Positions 32,960 through 42,277 of a DNA stretch of 64,000 bases are shown in pieces (position 1 is the stretch's first letter; each line of letters begins with the position of its first letter). This DNA is from a virus (lineage: Duplodnaviria > Heunggongvirae > Uroviricota > Caudoviricetes). The notes below the pieces were generated by a model. The model did not search any database. It saw only the letters and a program-made list of their open reading frames with translations, and was not told the DNA's origin. Position numbers and translations under genes: made by a program. The DNA is taken from positions 20,476 through 84,475 of the IMG/VR virus record IMGVR_UViG_2684622670_000009, one strand, 5' to 3'.

Positions 32960-32998
32960 CAAAGGACTTCATTGATAATTTTTCTTCAGGAGGAAGAC

Positions 32999-33421
32999 AT
33001 GTCATTCTTTTCTACGTTAAAAACAGCTTTGTCTTTGAAGGAGAAACTTGCTGCTACTGGTGTTCTTGTTCTGATTTGCGCACTTGTTGGTGCTGGGTTT
33101 GCATGGGAACGTCATCAGCTAAAGCAAGCCATGGAGAAAATTGGCAGTCTTGATCAGGCTGTTAAGGAACGTGATAAGTCAATAATGGATCTTAACCAGA
33201 CCATTGCGACGATGAACAAAGCAGAGCAACATTTTCACAGCCAGGAAGTGAAAAATGAATCAGAACAAGCCAAGTATGCTGACAGGCAAATGGAACGAAA
33301 AGCTGAAGTTCAGAAACAACTTGTTGCGGCGGGTAATGTTCGCCAGCGCATTCCTGCTGACACTCAGCGGTTGCTCCGGGAGTCGATCAGCGAATTTAAC
33401 GCCGACGCCGACAAAGATTAA
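32999..33421 (+). CDS. i-spanin (Rz-like; P1 ppfA position)
   Basis: 140 aa. N-terminal TM helix LAATGVLVLICALVGAGFAW followed by a coiled coil. AGGAGG lies upstream. Confidence 0.6.
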   Translation: MSFFSTLKTALSLKEKLAATGVLVLICALVGAGFAWERHQLKQAMEKIGSLDQAVKERDKSIMDLNQTIATMNKAEQHFHSQEVKNESEQAKYADRQMERKAEVQKQLVAAGNVRQRIPADTQRLLRESISEFNADADKD

Positions 33422-33587
33422 TCACCCTGCCCCCAAAAGTGCGTTTATGTGCAGGATGCCAGAGTTTAGCAGTGAATATTTTGATGATCTGCCAGCCTAT
33501 ATCCTCGATACAGAAACGATGTTGATGGGGATTAACAGGAAGAATCGCAACGTTAATGATTACAACCGCGCTATCAGCGGTAACTAA
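33336..33587 (+). CDS. o-spanin lipoprotein (Rz1-like; P1 mlp position), overlapping the i-spanin 3' end
   Basis: MFASAFLLTLSGCSG has the lipobox LSGC. Sits in the +1 frame overlapping the last 86 nt of the i-spanin gene, which is the classical overlapped spanin architecture. Confidence 0.6.
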   Translation: MFASAFLLTLSGCSGSRSANLTPTPTKINHPAPKSAFMCRMPEFSSEYFDDLPAYILDTETMLMGINRKNRNVNDYNRAISGN

Positions 33588-33598
33588 AAGGGATTTTT

Positions 33599-33991
33599 AT
33601 GTCTGATAAAGTAACAGTAAAGCAAACTATCAACAAAGCGACTTCAATCTACAAAATTGAGCACATCACAGTTGGCAAGCCAGGATCTGAACAATACCGT
33701 CATGCTTTCGAGCTTGCCGATCAGCTTGGTTTAAAACACCCGGATTGCATCGAGCATGTATTTCCGACCTATGCTGATGAGCAATGTACTCATGTTCTTA
33801 CCGAAGAGGATTTTTTCAGCACTGAAGAACGAGAAGGCGTTGATCGCTGCATTGGTGTGATTTGTTCTTCGGTAAGTGATGAGTTATTCCCTAATGTGCC
33901 TGAATATGGTGGTATTGGATACCAATTCCTGTACGAGGGCGATGAGCTTAAATGCTATGAACATGGTCTTCTCATCGAAAGCGTAGAATAA
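33599..33991 (+). CDS. Hypothetical 130-aa protein
   Basis: ORF with good spacing after the spanin pair; no motif recognised. Confidence 0.45.
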   Translation: MSDKVTVKQTINKATSIYKIEHITVGKPGSEQYRHAFELADQLGLKHPDCIEHVFPTYADEQCTHVLTEEDFFSTEEREGVDRCIGVICSSVSDELFPNVPEYGGIGYQFLYEGDELKCYEHGLLIESVE

Positions 33992-34034
33992 TACAGCTTC
34001 CTTCCAACCGGCTTTGTTGGCCGGTTTATTCAAC

Positions 34035-34142
34035 TTATCCACAGCATAGATCCAATAAACAGATCCAAAAGAGAACCCTAGAAGATCCAAATAAGATCCC
34101 GGATCGCTGCAGGCCGCGCCATGTCTGGCCTGAAACGTGATC
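34035..34142. promoter_or_regulatory. Plasmid origin (oriR-type) left part: DnaA box plus GATC cluster
   Basis: TTATCCACA at 34035-34043. GATC at 34049, 34062, 34084, 34095, 34102 and 34139, mostly within AGATCC heptamers as in P1 oriR. Confidence 0.7.
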
Positions 34143-34143
34143 A

Positions 34144-34250
34144 ACATTGACTATATGCGATTTTATGTTGACTGTACACGATTTATTGTTGACTACACGC
34201 GATTTTATGTTGACTATACGCGATATAAACATTGACTGTACGCGATTTTA
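34144..34250 (+). repeat. Five origin iterons (incC-type) at 21-22 bp spacing
   Basis: The TTGACT(A/G)(T/C)A(T/C)(A/G)CGAT core starts at 34147, 34168, 34189, 34210 and 34232. Confidence 0.8.
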
Positions 34251-34326
34251 AAGCCTGAATATTCACAGCTGTTGATAACAGCCATCCAAATTGACGTCAG
34301 GCCGCGCCACACATGGAGAAACCACG

Positions 34327-35211
34327 ATGCCGGAAGAAAGTAAAGGCTTCCTTAGCGTTGAAGAAGTTGCAGGAAATACAGGAGAAATCCACAGCCTGAA
34401 ACCCAATAACAACAGCACTATACAACCCATCGCTTTGTTGCGCTTAGGTGTGTTTGTGCCAACCTTAAAATCTACCAATGTGGCACTACGTCGCGGATCG
34501 TCAGTTACTACAAACACAACGAACGCAACCGAAGAACTATCAAGCCTCAAAATTGTTGAGCAGGAAGGCTATGAGGGAATTGAAATTCATGGTCCACGCC
34601 TGGATATGGATACTGATTTTAAGGTGTGGGTGGGCATAACCTCCGCGTTGTTTGACTATGCACCTGATGATGACGGTATAATTACCCTGCCATTCTCCGA
34701 GTTTGCCGATCGATGCGGCTATCCACGTAAGCGCCTTTCAAAGGCGTTCCGTAAAAGTATTGATGACTCTCTGACACGCATTCAGCAGACAGTTGTCAAA
34801 TTCCGCTTCCCGGCGGCAAAAGGTCATCTCAATAACATTAACGTCAACTTGTTGGCATATAGCAGCCTGAATACCGAGCTTGATGTTATCGAGATCCAGC
34901 CGCAGAAACAGCTATCTGAACTTTACTATGTTGACTATAAGCGAATCCTGAAGCTGAAGATGCTGGATAAGCTCGGGCGCAAAGAGACGGCCAAGGTACT
35001 GTATACATTCTTTGAGGCTCTACCTGCCAACCCAGCACCTGTCAGCATTGAGCGCCTTAGAGCAAGGCTTAACCTCAAATCATCCGTTAGCGTGCAAAAT
35101 AGCGTTATCAGAAAAGCCATGAAAGATTTGGAAGCTATTGAATATCTTAAATTTTCAGAGATAAAAAACGGCAGGAAAATCGGCTTCCAGATCCATAAGC
35201 GCAATCCATAA
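34327..35211 (+). CDS. repA: Iteron-binding replication initiator RepA (P1 RepA family, divergent)
   Basis: Shares blocks with P1 RepA (VQPVALMRLGVFVP-like IQPIALLRLGVFVP, ITGPRLDMDTDFK-like IHGPRLDMDTDFK) but is otherwise divergent. Start taken at ATG 34327 after GGAGA. Confidence 0.85.
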   Translation: MPEESKGFLSVEEVAGNTGEIHSLKPNNNSTIQPIALLRLGVFVPTLKSTNVALRRGSSVTTNTTNATEELSSLKIVEQEGYEGIEIHGPRLDMDTDFKVWVGITSALFDYAPDDDGIITLPFSEFADRCGYPRKRLSKAFRKSIDDSLTRIQQTVVKFRFPAAKGHLNNINVNLLAYSSLNTELDVIEIQPQKQLSELYYVDYKRILKLKMLDKLGRKETAKVLYTFFEALPANPAPVSIERLRARLNLKSSVSVQNSVIRKAMKDLEAIEYLKFSEIKNGRKIGFQIHKRNP

Positions 35212-35212
35212 T

Positions 35213-35480
35213 ATTGACTATATGCGATAGCGAGAAGTTGACTATAGGCGACATTCGTTGACGCTGGTGGATTTTTGCTGGCGTCAATATTCTGCAAGTC
35301 GCTATTGAGATGGCTTTTAGGGTCATTTCATCGCGTATAGTCAACGTTTCTCCCGACAATATCTTACATAGTCGATCTTTGGTGGAGTTAAATCGACTAC
35401 AGTCAACTTTTGACTGTGGTCATATCGCGCATAGTCAACTATTCACATTAACCTTCGCGCATAGTCAACATTTGCGCGGT
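35213..35480. repeat. incA-type iteron cluster (copy-number control)
   Basis: At least seven full or partial copies of the TTGACTATAnGCGA iteron. Two to three are direct (35216, 35238, 35258); the others are inverted (e.g. CGCGTATAGTCAAC, CGCGCATAGTCAAC x2, GACTACAGTCAAC). Confidence 0.7.
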
Positions 35481-35503
35481 TCTCATCAAGCAGTGGTATT
35501 GAT

Positions 35504-36313
35504 ATGCAAGAAGAGAAACAACACTACCTCTACGTTCTGGTGCCGGAGAACGGAGATACTTTTAAAATCGGCATTTCATGTGGTCCATTGGCACGGTTTA
35601 AAGGGCTACAAGTGAGTCCCGATATTGCGCTTTCACGAATCTATCGTGGTACGCGTTTGGCAATGGTTAATCTTGAGCGGGCTTTACACGCAACCTTTTT
35701 CCCCTGGAATGCGCCGTGGGAGAAAAGCGCCGGTGGCGGGCATACTGAATGGTTTACACGAGAGTGTCTTGATAAGGTTTTGGCTCATATCGAATATCTA
35801 AATGATATGTGGGGAGGGATTCTCGAGCTCATTAAGTCGAATGATTTACTTCAGCGTCCAGTAGATGCTGCTCGCTCTTTCGAAAAAGAGCTGGATGTTA
35901 CTTCTATCGTGACTTTCAAAGATGACGCAGGAATGAGGGATGTGGCTTATGTCTCCATATCTGGCTATGAACCGGACGCGATCCGCGCTCAATGTGAATT
36001 GCTGAAAGCAATGTTTATGCTTCGGACTAAATATCCCTGGGAGACAGGGCGGGTGTGCTTCCCTATGGAAGAGTTAACCGCCACCATTGATTCCCAGCTT
36101 TACCACGATAATCCAGAGAAGTTTTTTAGCCTTTTAGCCGGTAATGGGCTTAACTGTGTGTCCGGGCTGGGGCGAAGTAGAATCCAACATGCCTCGCTCT
36201 TCGGTCCCTTTTTTTACGATCGACACGGGTACTTTGAGGCTGAACTTCCGGCGCTTACGCGTGCTATAGATACTATCGATTTCGAACGATTATTCGCTGC
36301 TCTTAGCAAATAA
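35504..36313 (+). CDS. T5orf172 / GIY-YIG-like domain protein with an unknown C-terminal domain
   Basis: 269 aa with YLYVLVPENGDTFKIGIS...LERALHATF...GGGHTEWF, the T5orf172-type pattern. No equivalent gene between incA and parA in P1, as I recall it. Confidence 0.6.
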   Translation: MQEEKQHYLYVLVPENGDTFKIGISCGPLARFKGLQVSPDIALSRIYRGTRLAMVNLERALHATFFPWNAPWEKSAGGGHTEWFTRECLDKVLAHIEYLNDMWGGILELIKSNDLLQRPVDAARSFEKELDVTSIVTFKDDAGMRDVAYVSISGYEPDAIRAQCELLKAMFMLRTKYPWETGRVCFPMEELTATIDSQLYHDNPEKFFSLLAGNGLNCVSGLGRSRIQHASLFGPFFYDRHGYFEAELPALTRAIDTIDFERLFAALSK

Positions 36314-36320
36314 CACTGAT

Positions 36321-36341
36321 GCCCCTGAACGGGGCTTTTTT
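36321..36341 (+). terminator. Rho-independent terminator
   Basis: GCCCC-TGAAC-GGGGC followed by TTTTTT. Confidence 0.75.
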
Positions 36342-36481
36342 GTGCCCTCCTTGTAACTATCAATCGTACAAAATGAACGAAACATGCAGAGAATGTTATG
36401 TACAAGCATCTACGCATACATTATTATTTTATGCAGCATTTTTAATTAAATTCAAAAATACAGCATAAAGGATGACTTTCG

Positions 36482-37678
36482 ATGAGTGATTCCAGCCAGC
36501 TTCACAAGGTTGCTCAAAGAGCAAACAGAATGCTCAATGTTCTGACTGAACAAGTACAGTTGCAAAAGGATGAGCTACACGCGAACGAGTTTTACCAGGT
36601 CTATGCGAAAGCGGCACTGGCAAAATTGCCTCTACTGACTCGAGCGAACGTTGACTATGCCGTAAGTGAAATGGAAGAAAAGGGTTATGTTTTCGATAAA
36701 CGCCCTGCTGGCTCTTCAATGAAATATGCGATGTCAATTCAGAACATCATTGATATATATGAACATCGCGGAGTGCCAAAATACCGGGATCGCTACAGCG
36801 AAGCGTATGTTATTTTCATCTCCAATCTTAAAGGCGGTGTGTCAAAAACTGTATCGACGGTTTCTCTGGCGCATGCAATGCGTGCCCACCCTCATCTTCT
36901 GATGGAAGATTTAAGGATTCTGGTTATTGACCTTGATCCGCAATCTTCAGCAACGATGTTTTTAAGCCATAAACACTCTATTGGTATCGTAAACGCAACA
37001 TCTGCACAGGCTATGTTGCAGAATGTAAGCCGTGAAGAGCTGTTAGAGGAGTTTATTGTTCCTTCTGTTGTACCTGGGGTTGACGTTATGCCTGCGTCGA
37101 TTGACGATGCCTTTATTGCATCCGATTGGAGAGAGCTGTGCAATGAGCATCTACCGGGTCAGAACATCCATGCTGTCCTGAAAGAAAATGTGATTGATAA
37201 GCTGAAGAGCGATTATGACTTTATCCTCGTTGATAGTGGTCCTCACCTTGACGCCTTCCTGAAAAATGCTTTGGCCTCGGCCAATATACTGTTTACACCT
37301 CTGCCGCCAGCAACTGTCGATTTCCACTCATCGCTTAAATACGTTGCCCGCCTTCCTGAGTTGGTGAAACTCATTTCGGATGAAGGCTGCGAATGCCAGC
37401 TTGCGACTAACATTGGTTTTATGTCCAAGTTGAGTAACAAGGCAGACCATAAGTATTGCCATAGCCTGGCGAAAGAAGTGTTCGGTGGGGATATGCTCGA
37501 TGTCGTCCTACCTCGCCTTGATGGTTTCGAACGCTGCGGCGAGTCCTTTGACACTGTTATTTCTGCTAATCCGGCAACGTATGTTGGTAGTGCTGACGCA
37601 CTGAAGAACGCGCGCATCGCCGCTGAAGATTTTGCAAAAGCAGTTTTTGACCGTATTGAATTTATCAGATCTAACTAA
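36482..37678 (+). CDS. parA: Partition ATPase ParA (type Ia)
   Basis: 398 aa with the deviant Walker A KGGVSKT. Matches my memory of P1 ParA almost residue for residue. Confidence 0.95.
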   Translation: MSDSSQLHKVAQRANRMLNVLTEQVQLQKDELHANEFYQVYAKAALAKLPLLTRANVDYAVSEMEEKGYVFDKRPAGSSMKYAMSIQNIIDIYEHRGVPKYRDRYSEAYVIFISNLKGGVSKTVSTVSLAHAMRAHPHLLMEDLRILVIDLDPQSSATMFLSHKHSIGIVNATSAQAMLQNVSREELLEEFIVPSVVPGVDVMPASIDDAFIASDWRELCNEHLPGQNIHAVLKENVIDKLKSDYDFILVDSGPHLDAFLKNALASANILFTPLPPATVDFHSSLKYVARLPELVKLISDEGCECQLATNIGFMSKLSNKADHKYCHSLAKEVFGGDMLDVVLPRLDGFERCGESFDTVISANPATYVGSADALKNARIAAEDFAKAVFDRIEFIRSN

Positions 37679-37694
37679 GGAGTAAGAAAACGCC

Positions 37695-38696
37695 ATGTCA
37701 AAGAAAAACAGACCAACAATTGGGCGAACCCTTAATCCTTCAGTATTAAGCGCATTTGATAGTTCCTCTGCCTCTGGTGATCGGGTTGAGCAGGTATTCA
37801 AGCTATCAACTGGTCGCCAGGCTACATTCATTGAGGAGGTAATCCCTCCAAACCGGGTAGAAGGCGATACCTTTGTTGATCAGCATAACAACGGACGTGA
37901 TCAGGCAGCTCTTACACCAAAATCATTAAAAAGCATCAGAAGCACCATTAAGCATCAGCAATTTTACCCAGCAATAGGTGTTAGACGGGCTACAGGAAAA
38001 ATTGAAATTTTGGATGGTTCCCGGCGTCGAGCTTCTGCCATCTTAGAGAACGTAGGGTTGCGGGTTTTAGTCACGGACCAGGAGATCAGCGTCCAGGAAG
38101 CGCAAAATTTAGCGAAAGACGTTCAGACAGCATTGCAGCACAGCATTCGAGAAATAGGTCTGCGTTTGATGCGAATGAAAAATGATGGGATGAGTCAGAA
38201 GGATATTGCAGCCAAAGAAGGGCTATCTCAGGCGAAGGTCACGCGCGCTCTCCAGGCAGCGAGTGCTCCGGAAGAATTAGTCGCCCTTTTCCCTGTGCAG
38301 TCGGAATTAACCTTTTCGGACTACAAAACGCTTTGTGCTGTTGGCGACGAAATGGGGAACAAGAATTTAGAGTTTGATCAGCTTATTCAAAACATATCCG
38401 CGGAAATAAACGACATCTTATCCATTGAAGAAATGGCCGAAGATGAAGTTAAAAATAAAATCCTGCGCTTGATAACAAAGGAAGCCTCACTACTCACGGA
38501 TAAAGGTTCTAAAGATAAGTCCGTAGTTACTGAATTATGGAGATTTGAGGACAAGGATCGCTTTGCAAGGAAGCGCGTGAAAGGCCGTGCATTTTCTTAT
38601 GAGTTTAATCGACTTTCAAAAGAGCTACAGGAAGAACTCGACAGGATGATTGGGCATATCCTTAGAAAGAGCCTCGATAAAAAGCCGAAGCCTTAA
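37695..38696 (+). CDS. parB: Partition centromere-binding protein ParB
   Basis: 333 aa, MSKKNRPTIGRTLNPS...ILDGSRRR. Matches P1 ParB. Confidence 0.95.
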   Translation: MSKKNRPTIGRTLNPSVLSAFDSSSASGDRVEQVFKLSTGRQATFIEEVIPPNRVEGDTFVDQHNNGRDQAALTPKSLKSIRSTIKHQQFYPAIGVRRATGKIEILDGSRRRASAILENVGLRVLVTDQEISVQEAQNLAKDVQTALQHSIREIGLRLMRMKNDGMSQKDIAAKEGLSQAKVTRALQAASAPEELVALFPVQSELTFSDYKTLCAVGDEMGNKNLEFDQLIQNISAEINDILSIEEMAEDEVKNKILRLITKEASLLTDKGSKDKSVVTELWRFEDKDRFARKRVKGRAFSYEFNRLSKELQEELDRMIGHILRKSLDKKPKP

Positions 38697-38698
38697 AC

Positions 38699-38784
38699 TT
38701 TCGCCATTCAAATTTCACTATTAACCTACTGTTTTTAAATTAAATCCCTCTAAAATTTCAAGGTGAAATCGCCACGATTTCACC
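38699..38784 (+). promoter_or_regulatory. parS: parS centromere
   Basis: Box A ATTTCAC heptamers and Box B TCGCCA hexamers flank an AT-rich (IHF) centre: TTCGCCATTCAAATTTCAC...AAATTTCAAGGTGAAATCGCCACGATTTCAC. Confidence 0.85.
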
Positions 38785-38846
38785 TTGGATTTTACCTTCC
38801 TCGCCTACTCCCGAAAAAAATAAAAAAATTGCTTGTCACGAGAAAG

Positions 38847-38870
38847 TCAACAAGTGACTTTCAATAAAAT
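38847..38870 (+). promoter_or_regulatory. Late promoter of the head/sheath operon
   Basis: TCAACAAGTGACTTTCAATAAAAT, with the inverted repeat AGTCA-N5-TGACT. Confidence 0.55.
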
Positions 38871-38921
38871 CTCTTCCGAAAAGGGATTCACACAAGTGCC
38901 TTGTGTTTAAGGAAGAGTAAA

Positions 38922-40628
38922 TTGAGTAACTTACGCGAATACCAGAATCGTATTGCAGATATCGCAAAACGCTCTAAAGCTGTGCTTGGCTGGGCAAGCA
39001 CTGCGCAGTTCGGTACTGATAACCAATTCATTAAAGATGATGCCGCGCGTGCCGCATCTATCCTTGAAGCTGCACGTAAAGACCCGATTTTTGCGGGTAT
39101 CTCTGATAATGCCACCGCTCAAATCGCTACAGCGTGGGCAAGTGCACTGGCTGACTACGCCGCAGCACATAAATCTATGCCGCGTCCGGAAATTCTGGCC
39201 TCCTGCCACCAGACGCTGGAAAACTGCCTGATTGAGTCCACCCGCAATAGCATGGATGCCACTAATAAAGCGATGCTGGAATCCGTCGCAGCAGAGATGA
39301 TGAGCGTTTCTGACGGTGTTATGCGTCTGCCTTTATTCCTCGCGATGATCCTGCCTGTTCAGTTGGGGGCAGCTACCGCTGATGCGTGTACCTTCATTCC
39401 GGTTACGCGTGACCAGTCCGATATCTACGAAGTCTTTAACGTGGCAGGTTCCTCTTTTGGTTCTTATGCTGCTGGTGATGTTCTGGACATGCAATCCGTC
39501 GGTGTGTACAGCCAGTTACGCCGCCGCTATGTGCTGGTGGCAAGCTCCGATGGCACCAGCAAAACCGCAACCTTCAAGATGGAAGACTTCGAAGGCCAGA
39601 ATGTACCAATCCGAAAAGGTCGCACTAACATCTACGTTAACCGTATTAAGTATGTTGTTGATAACGGTTCCGGCAGCCTACTTCACTCGTTTACTAATGC
39701 TGCTGGTGAGCAAATCACTGTTACCTGCTCTCTGAACTACAACATTGGTCAGATTGCCCTGTCGTTCTCCAAAGCGCCGGATAAAGGCACTGAGATCGCA
39801 ATTGAGACGGAAATCAATATTGAAGCCGCTCCTGAGCTGATCCCGCTGATCAACCACGAAATGAAGAAATACACCCTGTTCCCAAGCCAGTTCGTTATCG
39901 CGGCTGAGCACACGGTACAGGCGGCGTATGAAGCACAGCGTGAATTTGGTCTGGACCTGGGTTCCTTACAGTTCCGCACCCTGAAAGAATACCTGTCCCA
40001 TGAACAGGATATGTTGCGTCTCCGCATCATGATCTGGCGTACTCTTGCGACCGACACCTTTGACATCGCTCTGCCGGTTAACCAGTCCTTTGATGTATGG
40101 GCAACCATCATTCGTGGCAAATTCCAGACTGTATATCGCGACATTATTGAGCGCGTTAAATCTTCTGGTGCGATGGGGATGTTTGCTGGTGCTGATGCAG
40201 CATCTTTCTTCAAACAGTTGCCGAAGGATTTCTTCCAGCCAGCCGAAGACTATATCCAGACTCCGTATGTTCACTACATCGGTACCCTGTTCGGTAACGT
40301 GAAAGTGTACGAAGTACCTGCTGGTATTTGTAAGAACTTAACGACAGAGAACATTCAGCTCAGCTCGATGGATGTGCTGTGCTACGTCCGTGATGAAAAT
40401 CCGGGTAAAGCAGGCTTCGTGACTGGTGATGCTGTCCCGGCCATCCCGTTCCAGCATCCGACCACTCCGGCGCTGGTCAACCGTACCACGCTGTGGGGTT
40501 CGGCTATCAACGATATGCACCCACGCAACGGCGCTGATTACTTCACTCGTGTAACGCTGACAATGGCCAAAAAAGGCGGGCTTAACTTCATTAGCGGCGA
40601 CACGATTGATGCCGGTGACTCTGAGTAA
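38922..40628 (+). CDS. 23: Major head protein (P1 gene 23)
   Basis: TTG start at 38922 after AAGGAAGAG. (M)SNLREYQNRIADIAKRSKAVLGWASTAQFGTDNQF matches P1 gp23. Confidence 0.85.
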   Translation: MSNLREYQNRIADIAKRSKAVLGWASTAQFGTDNQFIKDDAARAASILEAARKDPIFAGISDNATAQIATAWASALADYAAAHKSMPRPEILASCHQTLENCLIESTRNSMDATNKAMLESVAAEMMSVSDGVMRLPLFLAMILPVQLGAATADACTFIPVTRDQSDIYEVFNVAGSSFGSYAAGDVLDMQSVGVYSQLRRRYVLVASSDGTSKTATFKMEDFEGQNVPIRKGRTNIYVNRIKYVVDNGSGSLLHSFTNAAGEQITVTCSLNYNIGQIALSFSKAPDKGTEIAIETEINIEAAPELIPLINHEMKKYTLFPSQFVIAAEHTVQAAYEAQREFGLDLGSLQFRTLKEYLSHEQDMLRLRIMIWRTLATDTFDIALPVNQSFDVWATIIRGKFQTVYRDIIERVKSSGAMGMFAGADAASFFKQLPKDFFQPAEDYIQTPYVHYIGTLFGNVKVYEVPAGICKNLTTENIQLSSMDVLCYVRDENPGKAGFVTGDAVPAIPFQHPTTPALVNRTTLWGSAINDMHPRNGADYFTRVTLTMAKKGGLNFISGDTIDAGDSE

Positions 40629-40688
40629 TCAGGGGAAGTTCTCCGTTTAACATAGCGCCCCCGTGCGGGGCGCATAACAGGGAAAGTT

Positions 40689-42268
40689 ATGTCTCAATAT
40701 TCAATTCAACAGTCATTAGGTAATGCATCCGGCGTCGCGGTTAGCCCGATCAATGCCGATGCGACGTTATCTACCGGTGTTGCATTAAATAGCAGCTTGT
40801 GGGCTGGTATTGGCGTATTTGCGCGTGGCAAGCCGTTTACTGTTCTTGCGGTTACTGAGTCCAATTACGAAGATGTTCTCGGCGAACCGCTGAAACCGTC
40901 TTCCGGCTCACAGTTCGAATCAATTCGTCATGTGTACGAAGCTATTCAGCAAACGTCTGGTTACGTTGTTCGTGCTGTTCCGGATGATGCGAAGTTCCCG
41001 ATTATCATGTTCGATGAATCAGGCGAACCGGCTTACAGCGCGTTGCCATACGGTTCTGAAATTGAACTTGATAGCGGCGAAGCCTTTGCGATCTACGTTG
41101 ATGACGGCGACCCATGCGTTTCACCTACGCGTGAGTTAACCATCGAAACGGCAGCTGCGGACAGCGCAGATAATGAACGCTTCCTCCTGAAACTGACCCA
41201 GACGACTTCGCTCGGTGTGGTTACGACCCTGGAGACACATATTGTATCTTTGGCGGAAGAAGCGAAAGATGACATGGGCCGATTGTGTTATCTGCCTACG
41301 GCTCTGGAAGCCCGTTCTAAATATCTGCGCGCGGTTGTTAATGAAGAGCTGATTTCGACCGCGAAAGTAACAAATAAAAAATCACTGGCGGTACCAACGG
41401 CGATCAGTCGAAAATCTCCACCGAAGCCTACCTGCGTGCGGTTAAGGTGCTGAACAATGCGCCGTACATGTACACCGCTGTTCTCGGCCTGGGTTGCTAT
41501 GACAATGCGGCGATCACCGCATTAGGTAATATCTGTTCTGATCGCCTGATTGATGGCTTCTTTGATGTCAAACCGACATTGACGTATACGGAAGCGCTCT
41601 CTGCTGTTGAAGATACCGGTTTACTTGGTACCGATTATGTAAGCTGTGCTTTCTATCACTACCCGTTCTCCTGCAAAGACAAATGGACCCAATCCCGTGT
41701 TGTCTTCGGTTTGTCTGGCACGGCGTATGCGGCAAAAGCCCGTGGCGTCAAGAAAAACTCTGATGTCGGCGGTTGGCATTATTCTCCTGCTGGAGAAGAA
41801 CGCGCCATCATTGCTCGTGCGTCAATTCAACCGCTGTATCCGGAGGATACCCCAGACGAAGAAGCAATGGTCAAGGGCCGTCTCAATAAAGTATCTGTTG
41901 GCACCTCTGGCCAGATGATCATCGACGATGCTTTAACTTGCTGCACGCAGGATAACTATCTGCACTTCCAGCACGTCCCATCCCTGATGAATGCAATCAG
42001 CCGTTTCTTTGTCCAGTTAGCACGCCAGATGAAGCATAGCCCTGATGGTATTACTGCCGCTGGTCTGACTAAAGGGATGACCAAACTTTTGGATCGCTTT
42101 GTCGCTGCCGGTGCTCTGGTGGCTCCTCGTGATCCGGATGCTGACGGTACAGAACCGTATGTGCTGAAAGTTACGCAGGCGGAATTCGATAAATGGGAAG
42201 TGGTCTGGGCCTGCTGCCCGACAGGTGTCGCCCGTCGTATCCAGGGCATACCGCTGCTTATTAAGTAA
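40689..42268 (+). pseudogene. 22: Tail sheath gene (P1 gene 22) in two frames, 254-aa and 273-aa ORFs, joined at an A6 run
   Basis: The second frame is open back to 41378. A -1 slip or one extra A at AAT AAA AAA (41376-41381) gives the continuous product ...TAKVTNKK|ITGGTNGDQSKISTEAYLRAVKVLNNAPYMY... Confidence 0.7.
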
Positions 42269-42277
42269 GGGAATACA

